A program made the position numbers and the translations under genes. Of a stretch of 64,000 bases of DNA, positions 40,132-50,065 are shown piece by piece. The first letter of the stretch is position 1. Each line of letters begins with the position of its first letter. The notes under the pieces are model-generated. The model saw only the letters and a program-made list of their open reading frames with translations. It did not search any database and was not told the origin of the DNA. Location: assembly GCA_034521065.1 (NCBI GenBank), contig JAXHMW010000016.1, positions 3,927-67,926 of the forward strand, written 5' to 3'. The stretch comes from Planctomycetota bacterium. GTDB taxonomy: Bacteria > Planctomycetota > B143-G9.

Positions 40132-42225
40132 TCAACTGTCGGAGCGGTCGCGAGGCTCGTCGGTCTCGTCTGGTTCGCCGGAATCTTCATCGGCATCGGT
40201 TTGCTCGTCGGTGCCCTCTGGTTCACCGGAATCCTCTTCGGCGTCGGTTTGCTCGCCGGTGTCCGACTCGTCGGAGTGCTTTTCGGGGGACTCGGATGAA
40301 GATGGCATCTCAGCCCTGATATAGACGTTCACTTCGCCGAGGTCCATGCCGAGTTTCTTCGCTTCCTCGGCAATGATTTCGCCGACCTCGGAGGCAGTGA
40401 GGGTCTCCTGTTCAATAAGGTTCTCGGCTATGGCGACGAGTATTTCACGGTGTTCTTCTATAATATCGGCACAGCGCTTCGAACAGTCCTTGATGATAAT
40501 GGATATCTCGTCGTCGATAAGCCTGGCGGTTTCCTCGCTGTACTCCCTCTTCTTCCCGAGTTCCTCGAAGCCCGGAACCGCTGCGGAGGATTGGAAGTTT
40601 ATGGGGCCGACTTTGTCGGACATGCCCCATTCGCAGACCATTCTCCTCGCGAGTTCGGTGACTTTTTCGATGTCGTTCTGAGCGCCGGTTGAGACGTTGC
40701 CCAAAAACAGCAGTTCGGACGCGCGTCCCGCCATAAGCGATGTGATAATGGACAGAATCTTGTCGCGTGACATCATGAACTCGTCGTTCTTGGGGAGCAT
40801 CATGGTCGAGCCCATGGCTCTGCCGCGAGGTATGATGCTGACCTTGTGAAGTGGGTCGAGATCAGGTACCAGCGCAGTTACGAGCGCGTGACCGGCCTCG
40901 TGGTAAGCCGTACGCTTCTTGTCAACCTCGGGTACGGTTCGACTCTTCAGTTCACGGCCCCAGCGAACTTTGTCGCGGGCTTCCTCCAAGTCTGCCATCT
41001 TCACACTGTCCCTCTCCTTGCGTGCGGCTATTATGGCTGCCTCGTTGAGCAGGTTCTCGAGTTCCGCGCCGCTGAATGTCGGAGTTCCACGTGCGATGAC
41101 GTTGAGCTGAACATCTTCGTCTATGATGATGGAATTCTTGCGCACATGTATCTTGAGTATTTCTTCGCGACCCTTGACGTCGGGAAGTTCGACGTACACG
41201 CGCCTGTCGAACCGGCCGGGGCGGAGCAGGGCGGGATCGAGCATGTCCGGGCGGTTGGTTGCGGAGATAAGTATGATGTTCTCGTTGGTCGTAAGGCCCT
41301 GCATTTCGACCAGGATGGCGTTGAGTGTCTGTTCGCGTTCCTCGATGCCGCCACCGGAGTGAGCCGGGCCGCGTTTGCGCCCTACCGCGTCTATCTCGTC
41401 CAGGAAGATGATGCAGGGGGCGTTAGCCTTGGCCTGAGAGAACAGGTCTCTCACGCGGCTCGCGCCGACGCCGACGAAAAGCTCTACGAAGTCCGAACCC
41501 GATATGCTGAAGAAGGGTACCTCTGCTTCTCCCGCGATGGCCTTTGCGAGAAGGGTCTTGCCGGTTCCGGGAGGGCCGATGAGAAGGACGCCGTGAGGGA
41601 TGCGTCCGCCGAGCTTGCGGATTTTTTCTGGTTCGCGCAGGAAGTGGATGATCTCCTGCACCTCTTCCTTGGCTTCATCGATTCCAGCCACGTCATCAAA
41701 AGTGACCTTGATCTGGCCCTTGGCTATGAGCTGAGCCTTTGACTTGCTGAAAAGCCCGATACCGCCGGCTCCGCCGCCGAGACGGCGGAAGAAGAGGAAC
41801 CAGAAAAGGAATATGACGAGACCGAAAATGCCGATGTTGATGAGGATGTCAGGCAGCTTGCTTGCGGGTTTCTCCACCCACTTAACGCCGCTCTCGCGGA
41901 CCATGGGGATATATGTCTCGGCCCACACGCGGTCGGAGATGAAGATGGTGAATTCGGAATACGCCTTGCCGTCCTCGGTGAGAGCCTTCTTCTCGCCGCC
42001 AAGCGTGCAGGTCAGGTTCTCGCCCTGGCGTACGATCTTTTCAATCCGGCCTTCTTTGAGAAAGTTCTCGAACTTCTTGGCGTCCTTGAGTTCGACTGAA
42101 TTGGAAGAGAGGTTCATCACCCAAAGGAAGGTGACGATAAGAACCACCACCAGAAGGAAAGGACCGAGAAATCTCATGAAGCCACCGGGCATGGGGCTTC
42201 TATTTTCGTTCTTGTTTGGTTCCAA
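40132..42225 (-). CDS. ftsH: ATP-dependent zinc metalloprotease FtsH with a repetitive acidic tail
   Basis: [18 protein letters not shown] (Walker A), IIFLDEIDA, the SRH region and HEAGHAL (the zinc site) are present. The last ~55 aa are Asp/Glu/Thr-rich repeats. Confidence 0.95.
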   Translation of the reverse strand: MEPNKNENRSPMPGGFMRFLGPFLLVVVLIVTFLWVMNLSSNSVELKDAKKFENFLKEGRIEKIVRQGENLTCTLGGEKKALTEDGKAYSEFTIFISDRVWAETYIPMVRESGVKWVEKPASKLPDILINIGIFGLVIFLFWFLFFRRLGGGAGGIGLFSKSKAQLIAKGQIKVTFDDVAGIDEAKEEVQEIIHFLREPEKIRKLGGRIPHGVLLIGPPGTGKTLLAKAIAGEAEVPFFSISGSDFVELFVGVGASRVRDLFSQAKANAPCIIFLDEIDAVGRKRGPAHSGGGIEEREQTLNAILVEMQGLTTNENIILISATNRPDMLDPALLRPGRFDRRVYVELPDVKGREEILKIHVRKNSIIIDEDVQLNVIARGTPTFSGAELENLLNEAAIIAARKERDSVKMADLEEARDKVRWGRELKSRTVPEVDKKRTAYHEAGHALVTALVPDLDPLHKVSIIPRGRAMGSTMMLPKNDEFMMSRDKILSIITSLMAGRASELLFLGNVSTGAQNDIEKVTELARRMVCEWGMSDKVGPINFQSSAAVPGFEELGKKREYSEETARLIDDEISIIIKDCSKRCADIIEEHREILVAIAENLIEQETLTASEVGEIIAEEAKKLGMDLGEVNVYIRAEMPSSSESPEKHSDESDTGEQTDAEEDSGEPEGTDEQTDADEDSGEPDETDEPRDRSDS
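40170..40265 (-). repeat. 2 x 48-nt tandem repeat inside the ftsH 3' end
   Basis: Units 40170-40217 and 40218-40265 differ at about 8 positions. They encode [16 protein letters not shown] and [16 protein letters not shown]. Confidence 0.8.
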
Positions 42226-42237
42226 ATTTACATCCTA

Positions 42238-42711
42238 TTACCAGCTTGTGACCACTGTTCGTGCGACCTCTTCCGCGAGAAATACCGTGAGCCTGTCTAA
42301 CACCGACTCCTGGGTTTCTCCGTATGGCGGAATGTATCGCCACGAACGGATCATGTCGAATGAACGGCGAGCGATGCGTTCGCCCTCGAAGACTATGTGA
42401 AGCACGCACCTGTAACGATATTCGAGGGGGAGGTCGTCCTCGCCCGTTCTTATAACATCCTTGTAAACGCTCTTGATCGTGCCGCCGAGGACGTAATCGC
42501 TCACGTCGCCGTCGTTGACTATCTTCAGAGAACCGGTCCTGTTGACCGCGTACGAGAGTTCGCGATTCAGTTTTTCATCGAGACCGTAATAGAACGTCTC
42601 GTTGCGCAAACCGTCTATGTAAACCGTTCCAGGCGGGATATCCGTCAGCGCGGGCCTGTAGCAGCCACAGAGAAGGATAAGTGCTAAGAGAAGTGGTAAA
42701 GAAGCTCTCAT
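42238..42711 (-). CDS. LptE-like outer-membrane lipoprotein
   Basis: A lipobox (LILLCGC) is present. The protein is ~157 aa and has the pattern VYIDGLRNETFYYGLDEKLNRELSYAV...ADYVLGGTI, reminiscent of LptE. It lies between the bamD-like gene and ftsH. ATG 42711 is preferred over 42780. Confidence 0.5.
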   Translation of the reverse strand: MRASLPLLLALILLCGCYRPALTDIPPGTVYIDGLRNETFYYGLDEKLNRELSYAVNRTGSLKIVNDGDVSDYVLGGTIKSVYKDVIRTGEDDLPLEYRYRCVLHIVFEGERIARRSFDMIRSWRYIPPYGETQESVLDRLTVFLAEEVARTVVTSW

Positions 42712-42721
42712 CTTCCGCCGG

Positions 42722-43687
42722 TCAGCGTTTCTCTTCGTCCTTGGAATTAATCTCCCTGTTGACCTCAAGCAAGTCCTCACGGGCCTTCTCTGCCCATAGC
42801 GTGTCAGGGAATTCGTTGACGACCTTTTCGAGATATACGCGGGCTGAAACGTACCTGTTGCGGCGGATGTAGAACCGAGCGGTCTCGTAGTGCTTGTGAG
42901 CGAGACGGTTTTCGATGACCTCGCGAAGCTCGCTCGCCTGTTCCGCTATGTCGGCCTCGGGGCGTATCTCCTTGAGCACCTCCAGCGCACGCGACATTGA
43001 AAGAAAATCGTATGACCAGCTCTTCGACTTTATGTCGTAACACTTTGCCTGCTGCAGACGGGCTCGTGCGCGAAGAGGGCTGTCGGGGTAGTCTGTGATA
43101 AGCTGTTCGTACGTTTCAATGGCTTTGTCATATTGATGAACGCGCATGTAAGAACGACCAAGAAGGATGAGCGAATCATCGCCGTACTTGCCCCAGGGGT
43201 CGAGCAGGTGCAATTCCTGAAAGACCTCGACTGCGACGCTTTTACCGCTGAGTATCTTCAGCCCCATGAACTCCTTCTTTGCGCCCTGAAGAAAGTCGTT
43301 GCCTACCTTGTGGAGTATTTCCACCACCTCCTGCAGGTCAACAGTATCGGCATAACCGTGAATCGCACGCTTGGCAGCGAGGAAGCAGGAGTAGTAATAA
43401 CCCGCCTTGTACATGCACTTTGAAGCGAGCAGAACCGAAGGGCCTGCCTCGTCGCTCTTCGGAAAGCTCAGCTCGAGGAGTCGAAACGCGCGGGCAGCTT
43501 CCTTGTACTTCTTCTCATCCATAAGGCGCTGGCCGTACTTGAACTGTTCTTCCGGAGAGGCCTTGATCACTTCCTTGGTGTTTACCCAGCCGATATCCGG
43601 GCGCCACATCCAGTCGGCGAACGCGGTGGAACTGCCGAGTAAGCAGAAGAAAAGCGCTGTGAAAAGTGTCAGGCGAACGGCCTTCAT
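42722..43687 (-). CDS. BamD-like TPR outer-membrane assembly lipoprotein
   Basis: A signal peptide is followed by TPR-like repeats (KKYKEAARAFRLLELSFPKSDEA..., QYDKAIETYEQLITDYPDSPL..., VSARVYLEKVVNEFPDTLWAEKA). ATG 43687 is the likely start. Confidence 0.55.
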   Translation of the reverse strand: MKAVRLTLFTALFFCLLGSSTAFADWMWRPDIGWVNTKEVIKASPEEQFKYGQRLMDEKKYKEAARAFRLLELSFPKSDEAGPSVLLASKCMYKAGYYYSCFLAAKRAIHGYADTVDLQEVVEILHKVGNDFLQGAKKEFMGLKILSGKSVAVEVFQELHLLDPWGKYGDDSLILLGRSYMRVHQYDKAIETYEQLITDYPDSPLRARARLQQAKCYDIKSKSWSYDFLSMSRALEVLKEIRPEADIAEQASELREVIENRLAHKHYETARFYIRRNRYVSARVYLEKVVNEFPDTLWAEKAREDLLEVNREINSKDEEKR

Positions 43688-43745
43688 CTTGCCTCCAGAG
43701 CAGACTTTGAGCCACTTAACGATATGATTCCTCGCAAAGGCGTAA

Positions 43746-44492
43746 TTACTGAATATTATCGCAGATTTTGCTGACCCGGTCAAGAAGCTGTGGCGGTCTG
43801 CCTACCTGCGTAGTTGTCATGATTCTGAGAAAGTTCAACAGCCGTTTGCGCGAAGCTTTTCGCACCTCCAGCTTGCCGATGTCACGGTTTTCGAGGAGGA
43901 AACGGGCGTTCATGATATCGCCCCTGTTCAGGGAGTCCCTGCCTGAACGTGAGCAGTTTGCGCACAGCAGACCCGCCCCGTTGCTCGCGACCGTCGCCAG
44001 TTTGCCAAGCTCATTCGAGCAGGACGAGCAGTATTGCAATGACGGCAGGAAACCTGCTCTTCTGAGGCTTCTGAGCCAGTAGGCGAGAGTCAGGCGGCAG
44101 TTGTCGTCTGTTCGCCTGAGAGCCTTCCAGAAGGCTTTGAGCAGGGAATAGTCGCAGGCATCGGAGCTTCCGGCCATATCGAGGGTAAGGCCTGCCGCGA
44201 AGGCCGCGCATACGAAGTTATCGTAGCTTGTGCGAATAGCCGGGAACTGCTCGAGAATCGTGGCCGAAGACAGGCTGTGAAGACCTGTTGTCGAACGGTA
44301 GAACGTGAACTCCATCTCGCTGAAGGTTTCTATCGGGTCGCGGGGCGACCATGAACGTTTGGGTGGTTTGCGGAAGCCCTTGCCGATGAAGCTCAGTATT
44401 CCGTCGTCCGGAGTCAGTGCGATAAGAACAAGTGACGTGTTGGAGTAGCTGGTCTTGTTAAGAACCAGTGCCCGGGTTTTGTCAATCGTCAT
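43746..44492 (-). CDS. recO: DNA repair protein RecO
   Basis: The N-terminal OB part is RALVLNKTSYSNTSLVLIALTPDDG. The zinc-finger Cys pairs are CSSCSN...LLCANC. Confidence 0.85.
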   Translation of the reverse strand: MTIDKTRALVLNKTSYSNTSLVLIALTPDDGILSFIGKGFRKPPKRSWSPRDPIETFSEMEFTFYRSTTGLHSLSSATILEQFPAIRTSYDNFVCAAFAAGLTLDMAGSSDACDYSLLKAFWKALRRTDDNCRLTLAYWLRSLRRAGFLPSLQYCSSCSNELGKLATVASNGAGLLCANCSRSGRDSLNRGDIMNARFLLENRDIGKLEVRKASRKRLLNFLRIMTTTQVGRPPQLLDRVSKICDNIQ

Positions 44493-45783
44493 CCTCTGAG
44501 CCTTCCGACTCGTCGCGCTCGATGATTTCCATCTTCACACTGTTCACTGTACGAGCCTCGGATTCAAGGATGGTGAAGTCGCAGCACCCCACGGAGATCT
44601 TTTCGCCCTTTTTGGGAATGTGTCCGAGCCTGTCCATGAGCAGACCGCCGAGGGTATCGTACTTGTCGCTTTCGGGGAGCTTCGCGGGAATAGCGTTGTT
44701 GAGGTCCTCCAGCTCGACCCTTGCCTCGATGATAAACGTGGACTCTCCGGCTTTCTGTATCTCGGGCAGTTTCACCGGGTCGTATTCGTCTTCTATCTCT
44801 CCGACGATCTCCTCGAGAATGTCCTCTATGGTGATGATTCCGGCCGTGCCGCCGTACTCGTCGAGGACGATGGCGAAGTGGACATGGCTGTTGCGAAGTT
44901 CGGCAAACAACGAGTCAATGGGCTTTGTCTCCGGCACGAAAACTGCGTCTCGCATGATGTTTCTGACCGGTATCTCACGTGCCGCGGGGTCGTTCCAAAA
45001 CTTCAATAGGTCTTTGACATACAGGATTCCGATGACGTTATCGCGGTCGTCCTTGATGACAGGTATTCGCGAATGACCACCCTTTACTGCGAGTCTTGCA
45101 GCGTCTTCAAGGGTTGTATCCGACTCGATGACCGTGACCTCGGACCGGTTCGTCATGACTTCAGAGGCCGGTACGTCCGTGTAGGAGATGATGTTCTTGA
45201 TCATCTCCTTTTCCTCCGTTTCGAGCACGCCCTCCGTCTCTCCGTCGGAGACTACATCGAGGATCTCCTCCTCCGTAAGCTGTTCGGTGCCTTCCGGCTT
45301 GCTGCCGGTGATGCGGCCCACAGTAATGTCAACGAGCCGGGACAGCAGGACGAAGGGAATGAGAAGGTACGCGAGGAGAGAAAACAGTGCGCCGTAGCGA
45401 ATGAATACGGTTTCCTCGTCGCGTCGGGCGACCGCACGGGGCAAAGAGTAGCCGAAGATGTAAAGAAGCGTTACCACGACGAGCGCCTCGACGAAGAACA
45501 GCAGAGTTGGCGGCCAGCTGAACTTTACGACCGTTGGCGCGAAAGCCGCGAGGTTTGCGAGGATGCGCAAAAAGGAGGTGCTTGCGAAAATCTCGCGCCA
45601 CCTGTTGTCGAGTGCGAGAATCCTCTCTCGCCGCTTTTCAGGTAACTCCCGGGAGAGGATTAACAGTTTGCTCGATGAGTAGTTATCCGAGGCGATAGCA
45701 ATGAGGCCGAAGAAATAGGACAGTGCAAGACCTGCAAACAACAGCAGCAACTGGACGGCTAAGGAAGGGAGCTCCTCTGTCAC
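44482..45783 (-). CDS. CNNM/CorC-type membrane protein (DUF21-CBS pair-CorC_HlyC)
   Basis: It has four N-terminal TM helices, tandem CBS domains (VMTNRSEVTVIESD..., RIPVIKDDRDNVIGILYVKDLL) and a C-terminal transporter-associated domain. Confidence 0.88.
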   Translation of the reverse strand: MTEELPSLAVQLLLLFAGLALSYFFGLIAIASDNYSSSKLLILSRELPEKRRERILALDNRWREIFASTSFLRILANLAAFAPTVVKFSWPPTLLFFVEALVVVTLLYIFGYSLPRAVARRDEETVFIRYGALFSLLAYLLIPFVLLSRLVDITVGRITGSKPEGTEQLTEEEILDVVSDGETEGVLETEEKEMIKNIISYTDVPASEVMTNRSEVTVIESDTTLEDAARLAVKGGHSRIPVIKDDRDNVIGILYVKDLLKFWNDPAAREIPVRNIMRDAVFVPETKPIDSLFAELRNSHVHFAIVLDEYGGTAGIITIEDILEEIVGEIEDEYDPVKLPEIQKAGESTFIIEARVELEDLNNAIPAKLPESDKYDTLGGLLMDRLGHIPKKGEKISVGCCDFTILESEARTVNSVKMEIIERDESEGSEDDD

Positions 45784-46313
45784 TTTCCATTACCTCCGTG
45801 GTCGTATGGAACAGTCTCGCCGCCCGCTTTGGAAATTACATCTGCGGCGATTTCAAACATGTTGCGCCTCTCGGCGGGTATGTCGTCTTCGAAACCAGCG
45901 AAGTGAAGTATGCCGTGCAGAACGTACATGAGTATCTCCGCCTGCATGAAGTTTTCAATGCGGTCATTCGGCAGCTTCTCGTCTCGAACGTAGGCTTCGG
46001 ATTTGTCGCTTGCGAGTTCGTAGTTGACGGCGATGCTGCCAATCAGCAGTTCTCCGGTTTCAGGGTCCTCTTCGAGCATTTCGAATGCAAGTACATCTGT
46101 TATCGCGTTCTCACCAAGGTACTCGCGATTCATCGCTATCATCTGTTCATTATCGCAAAAGCGGACCTCGATGCGGCCATCAGGCAACATGACATCCTCG
46201 CGCTCGAGGAGCATATCCGAGGCGCTGATGATGAGTTCATCTGACGGAACATCCGGCCCGGAATTGCGATCAATATCAATCAGCAACTGTTCCTCCCTTT
46301 GGCGGCACTTCAT
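45780..46313 (-). CDS. ybeY: rRNA maturation endoribonuclease YbeY
   Basis: The HGILHFAGFEDD metal-binding motif is present, and the gene holds the conserved position between the HD protein and corC. The start may be downstream of 46313, which overlaps the previous gene by 38 nt. Confidence 0.85.
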   Translation of the reverse strand: MKCRQREEQLLIDIDRNSGPDVPSDELIISASDMLLEREDVMLPDGRIEVRFCDNEQMIAMNREYLGENAITDVLAFEMLEEDPETGELLIGSIAVNYELASDKSEAYVRDEKLPNDRIENFMQAEILMYVLHGILHFAGFEDDIPAERRNMFEIAADVISKAGGETVPYDHGGNGK

Positions 46314-48039
46314 TGTTTTCGTCTGATTGCATGAGATGTCTTTCTTCGGTGTCAGTGTTGAAAGACGATGGAGTGGGACGTTCGGACGAGGACTCCTCCG
46401 AAGGATCCTTTGGGTACTCTACCCGGGTGTGAAACATGCTCTGCACGATCCACGAAACGCTCTTTTCTATAGTGTTCAATTCGTGCATGGTTATGTCGCA
46501 CTCGTCGAACTGCCTGTCGTTGAGCTTCTTTCGGATTATCTTGTGTACCGATTCCTGTATCTTGCGATAGGAAGGGGTCTTGAGAGAGCGTGTAAGAGCC
46601 TCGATTGCATCGGCTATCATCACGATCGCCGACTCCTTACTCCGCGGCTTGGGGCCGGGATACTGATAGACCTGCATGTCGGGAAGCGCCAGCGACTCTC
46701 CGCTTTCGAGGGCTTTTCGGTAAAAATATTCCACGAGCGTAGTTCCCTGATGTTCGCGGATAATGTCAATTATCGGATCCGGAAGGTTGTATTCACGGGC
46801 GAGTTCCTCGCCGTCCTTGATATGCGATATGATCAGCATCGCCGACATGGAGTACTTCAATTTGGAGTGCAGTTCCGTCGCATCGGTGTTGTTTTCCGTG
46901 AAGTACTTGGGGCGCACCATCTTGCCTATGTCGTGAAAGTATGCGCCCACCTTGGCAAGCAGGGCGTTCGCGCCAATGGACTCCGCCGCGTGTTCTGAAA
47001 TGGTCGCCACGATGAGGGAGTGCTGGTAGGTACCGGGCGCCTCCATCAGCATTCTCTTGAGCAGCGGATGGTCCAGGTCGGAAAGTTCCAAAAGGGATAT
47101 ACCCGTGACCACGCCGAACATCCATTCGAAAATCGGGAACAGAAATGTTGCGGCCGCGCCGCTGGCGAAACCGCAGAGCAGTCCGCTGAGACTTGTCTTG
47201 AGTGCGGAGAAGGAAAGTTCACCTTCAGAAAGGACGCTCAGGGACAGGATCATTATGAAGTATAAGCAACCGATCACAAGACCGGCTTTCAGCAAGTCGT
47301 TGCGCTTCTTGGAACGGTAGCTCAGGTAGGGAGCGAGCGCTCCGGAAAAGCACATCGCAAGCGCTACATCGTAATGTGGGGCGAACACGTAGGCGAAAAG
47401 CGGCAGGGAGAAAAGTGCGCACAAGCTCGTTATCTTGGGTCCCAGACCTATGGCAGCGACTATCGCAAAGAGGGCAAGGGGGGTAAGGGGAAGATATGTC
47501 GAAGCTAAGAGGCCGCCTATGAGTTTGCCCGTAAGCACTATTCCTGCGAGCGCGGCTCCGAGAAAGAAAAGCTGTACGGGTTTAACCCTGTCAAGACCGT
47601 TCAGTTCCCTGCACAGCAGCACGAACAAAAGCATCGAGGCGAGAACGATCAGAACCACGGAACCGTATCGCACGATCAGCGAACTTATCGTGTTGTACTT
47701 CCTGGCGAAGGCTTCTTGCTCAAGACGTAAAAGATGGCGGGAATAGTCATCAACGACCATGCCTTTTTCGATGAGCTTTTCTCCCGCAGAGTGGATTTCC
47801 TCCATTCCGTGTTCCGGAGAGGACTTGAAATCCACCCTTGAATAGTAGTCGTCCGGTGCCTTCTCGTTGAGGTCGAATTTGGCCAGGGCGGGCATGTTAA
47901 ACGCCGCTATGAACGAGAGGAGTATCAGTACGGCGGCAAAGGAGAGTGCCGCCGATATGGATGCCCCGGTCTTCTGAGAAGGCCGTGAGGCCTGCTGCTG
48001 CTTGCGACGGGCCTTGAAGCCTTCAAGTCTGGATTTCAC
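46276..48039 (-). CDS. 7TM-HD membrane phosphohydrolase (PgpH/YqfF-like)
   Basis: An extracytoplasmic N-domain and about 7 TM helices precede an HD domain (HSLIVATISE...YFHDIGKMVRP...ISHIKDGEELA). Confidence 0.8.
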   Translation of the reverse strand: MKSRLEGFKARRKQQQASRPSQKTGASISAALSFAAVLILLSFIAAFNMPALAKFDLNEKAPDDYYSRVDFKSSPEHGMEEIHSAGEKLIEKGMVVDDYSRHLLRLEQEAFARKYNTISSLIVRYGSVVLIVLASMLLFVLLCRELNGLDRVKPVQLFFLGAALAGIVLTGKLIGGLLASTYLPLTPLALFAIVAAIGLGPKITSLCALFSLPLFAYVFAPHYDVALAMCFSGALAPYLSYRSKKRNDLLKAGLVIGCLYFIMILSLSVLSEGELSFSALKTSLSGLLCGFASGAAATFLFPIFEWMFGVVTGISLLELSDLDHPLLKRMLMEAPGTYQHSLIVATISEHAAESIGANALLAKVGAYFHDIGKMVRPKYFTENNTDATELHSKLKYSMSAMLIISHIKDGEELAREYNLPDPIIDIIREHQGTTLVEYFYRKALESGESLALPDMQVYQYPGPKPRSKESAIVMIADAIEALTRSLKTPSYRKIQESVHKIIRKKLNDRQFDECDITMHELNTIEKSVSWIVQSMFHTRVEYPKDPSEESSSERPTPSSFNTDTEERHLMQSDENNEVPPKGGTVAD

Positions 48040-49018
48040 CCGTTTCCTCTTGGTCGTTTAACTGCGAAATCGTGGGACGGTCCTTTATCTCGTCGCGCTC
48101 GTAGGCATTGACGATCTTCTGGACGAGAGGGTGGCGGACGATATCGGAATGGCTCAAGGTGATAAGCGACACACCGTTGATGTCCTTCAGAATGTGAAAC
48201 GCGTGCAGCAGCCCGCTGACCTTGCCCCTCGGAAGGTCGGACTGTGTTATATCGCCCGTAATCGCCGCAAAGGACTCGAAGCCCAGCCGTGTGAGGAACA
48301 TCTTCATCTGCGAGACCGTGCAGTTCTGTGCCTCATCGAGTATCACGAAGCTCTTATTGAGCGTGCGACCACGCATGAACGCCAGTGGAGCAACCTCGAT
48401 AACGTCGTTGGCTATCAGGCGCTGCAGGTGCTCCGGTTCGAGCATGTCGCCGAGGCTGTCGTAAAGGGGGCGAAGATAAGGGTCCACCTTCTCCTTCAAA
48501 TCGCCCGGCAGGAAACCGAGTTTCTCGCCGGCTTCGACTGCGGGACGCACAAGAACTATACGTCGCACTATTCCCTTTCGCAACAGTGATACGCCGAATG
48601 CGACCGAAAGGTAGGTCTTTCCGGTTCCGGCAGGCCCCACCGCGAACGTTATGCTGCTGGTCTTCAATGCGGAAACCAGCTTCTTCTGGCCCGAAGTCCT
48701 CGGCGATATGGTCTTGCCCCTGAGGAATACGGAAAGCGCGTCGTGGGCGCCATCGGAGGAATCCTCCACCACTTCGGAGAGGAACCGCTCGATGTCGTGA
48801 GAACCCAAGGTGTTGAACTTCTCGATGTGAGAAATCATCTTCTGTGCAACGTTGAGAGTTCTTGAGACCGCGGCCTCGTCGCCCTCTATGGTCAGTACGT
48901 TCCCGCGCGCGTTGACGGTAACTCCGAACGCGGCCCTCAATTTGCGAAGGAACCTGTCCCCGGGACCGAGGAAGGTGCGAAAATTGCCTGTGTCTGAGAA
49001 TTCCAGTACTTCTCTCAT
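48023..49018 (-). CDS. phoH: PhoH-like ATPase (YbeZ)
   Basis: GPAGTGKTYLSVAFG (Walker A) and FVILDEAQN (Walker B) are present. It is the first gene of the phoH-HD-ybeY-corC cluster. Confidence 0.9.
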   Translation of the reverse strand: MREVLEFSDTGNFRTFLGPGDRFLRKLRAAFGVTVNARGNVLTIEGDEAAVSRTLNVAQKMISHIEKFNTLGSHDIERFLSEVVEDSSDGAHDALSVFLRGKTISPRTSGQKKLVSALKTSSITFAVGPAGTGKTYLSVAFGVSLLRKGIVRRIVLVRPAVEAGEKLGFLPGDLKEKVDPYLRPLYDSLGDMLEPEHLQRLIANDVIEVAPLAFMRGRTLNKSFVILDEAQNCTVSQMKMFLTRLGFESFAAITGDITQSDLPRGKVSGLLHAFHILKDINGVSLITLSHSDIVRHPLVQKIVNAYERDEIKDRPTISQLNDQEETGEIQT

Positions 49019-49057
49019 GCCGCAATAGTGTAACTGTTTGTGGAAATAGCGTCAGCC

Positions 49058-50065
49058 TTACGCTGTTACGAGGTGGTAATTGAGCATCAACAGAAAGTAG
49101 GCGGGAGGTCCTGCCCAGAATACCGAGTCGCTGAGATCGAGCCATCCCCCTATTCCCGGCAAAGTCTTGCCGGTGTCCTTCACCCGGAAGGAACGCTTCA
49201 AAACCGACATGAACAGGTCGCCGCCTACTGCAAACACTCCGACCACGAGCCCGAAGAGCACGGCTACCACGTCATCAATTCGGCCGAAAGGATTGTACGT
49301 CATAGCAGCGAACCCGAATGCCCATGCCGCCAGCAGTCCGAAGAGCAGCCCCGCATAGGTCTTCTTGGGCGAAATGCGAGGAGCCATCTTCTTTGCGTTG
49401 AACAGCTTTTTGCCGAAAAAGTATCCGCCCAGAAACGCTCCGATGTCGGACATCTTGCAGCACAGGACGGTTGCCAGAAAGAAGTAAACACCGGCTGCGA
49501 CGGAGAACTTAGGGGCTCCGAGTGCCATGTCGGGGTCGAACAGCACATATTCGGGATGAAGCAGTAATCGCAGAATCATCGGGCAGGCGAGTGCGAAGTA
49601 GGCGAAGGCGACAAAGACCACTCCGGCCTCGACAGATGCTTTGCGCCTGTCGAAACCGAACCACTGTGCGCTGACCGATGCGAACAGCAGCATTATTGCC
49701 AGCGAGAATTCGCTCGCCTGCAGAACGTCGAAAACGATGAAGGAGTCGGCCACGAACTCACCTGTCCGGGCGGAGGCAATCGCGTGTGCGCCGAGAGAGC
49801 AGGATGCGAACAGCAGTACCTTGGAAAGCAGGCGGCCATCTACGAAGCTGAGCAGTTCGAAGAAGCTCAGCACGATGACACCCACGCTTACGACAAGAAG
49901 GGGGATTACGGAGTTGAGATGTATGCTGCCGTACGCCGCTGCGGCGGCTACGAGAAGGGAGACTACTGTCGTTATGGCCCATTCGTGCGAACATCTACAG
50001 GTTGTCCTCGTCCTCGACCAATCCTCCGAAACGGCGAACTCTCTTCTGGAAAGAACGAAGCGCAT
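49058..50065 (-). CDS. cdsA: phosphatidate cytidylyltransferase (start uncertain)
   Basis: This polytopic membrane protein carries SDIGAFLGGYFFGK and KDTGKTLPGIGGWLD signatures. The ORF as written overlaps the uppS 3' end by 71 nt, and no in-frame start codon lies just after the uppS stop. Confidence 0.8.
   Translation of the reverse strand: MRFVLSRREFAVSEDWSRTRTTCRCSHEWAITTVVSLLVAAAAAYGSIHLNSVIPLLVVSVGVIVLSFFELLSFVDGRLLSKVLLFASCSLGAHAIASARTGEFVADSFIVFDVLQASEFSLAIMLLFASVSAQWFGFDRRKASVEAGVVFVAFAYFALACPMILRLLLHPEYVLFDPDMALGAPKFSVAAGVYFFLATVLCCKMSDIGAFLGGYFFGKKLFNAKKMAPRISPKKTYAGLLFGLLAAWAFGFAAMTYNPFGRIDDVVAVLFGLVVGVFAVGGDLFMSVLKRSFRVKDTGKTLPGIGGWLDLSDSVFWAGPPAYFLLMLNYHLVTA

Noticed and set aside
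40170-40265. Tandem repeats (here and at 53810-54030) as possible CRISPR arrays.
   Set aside because: Each has only two copies. There are no unique spacers of regular length and no cas genes. The first lies inside the ftsH reading frame.
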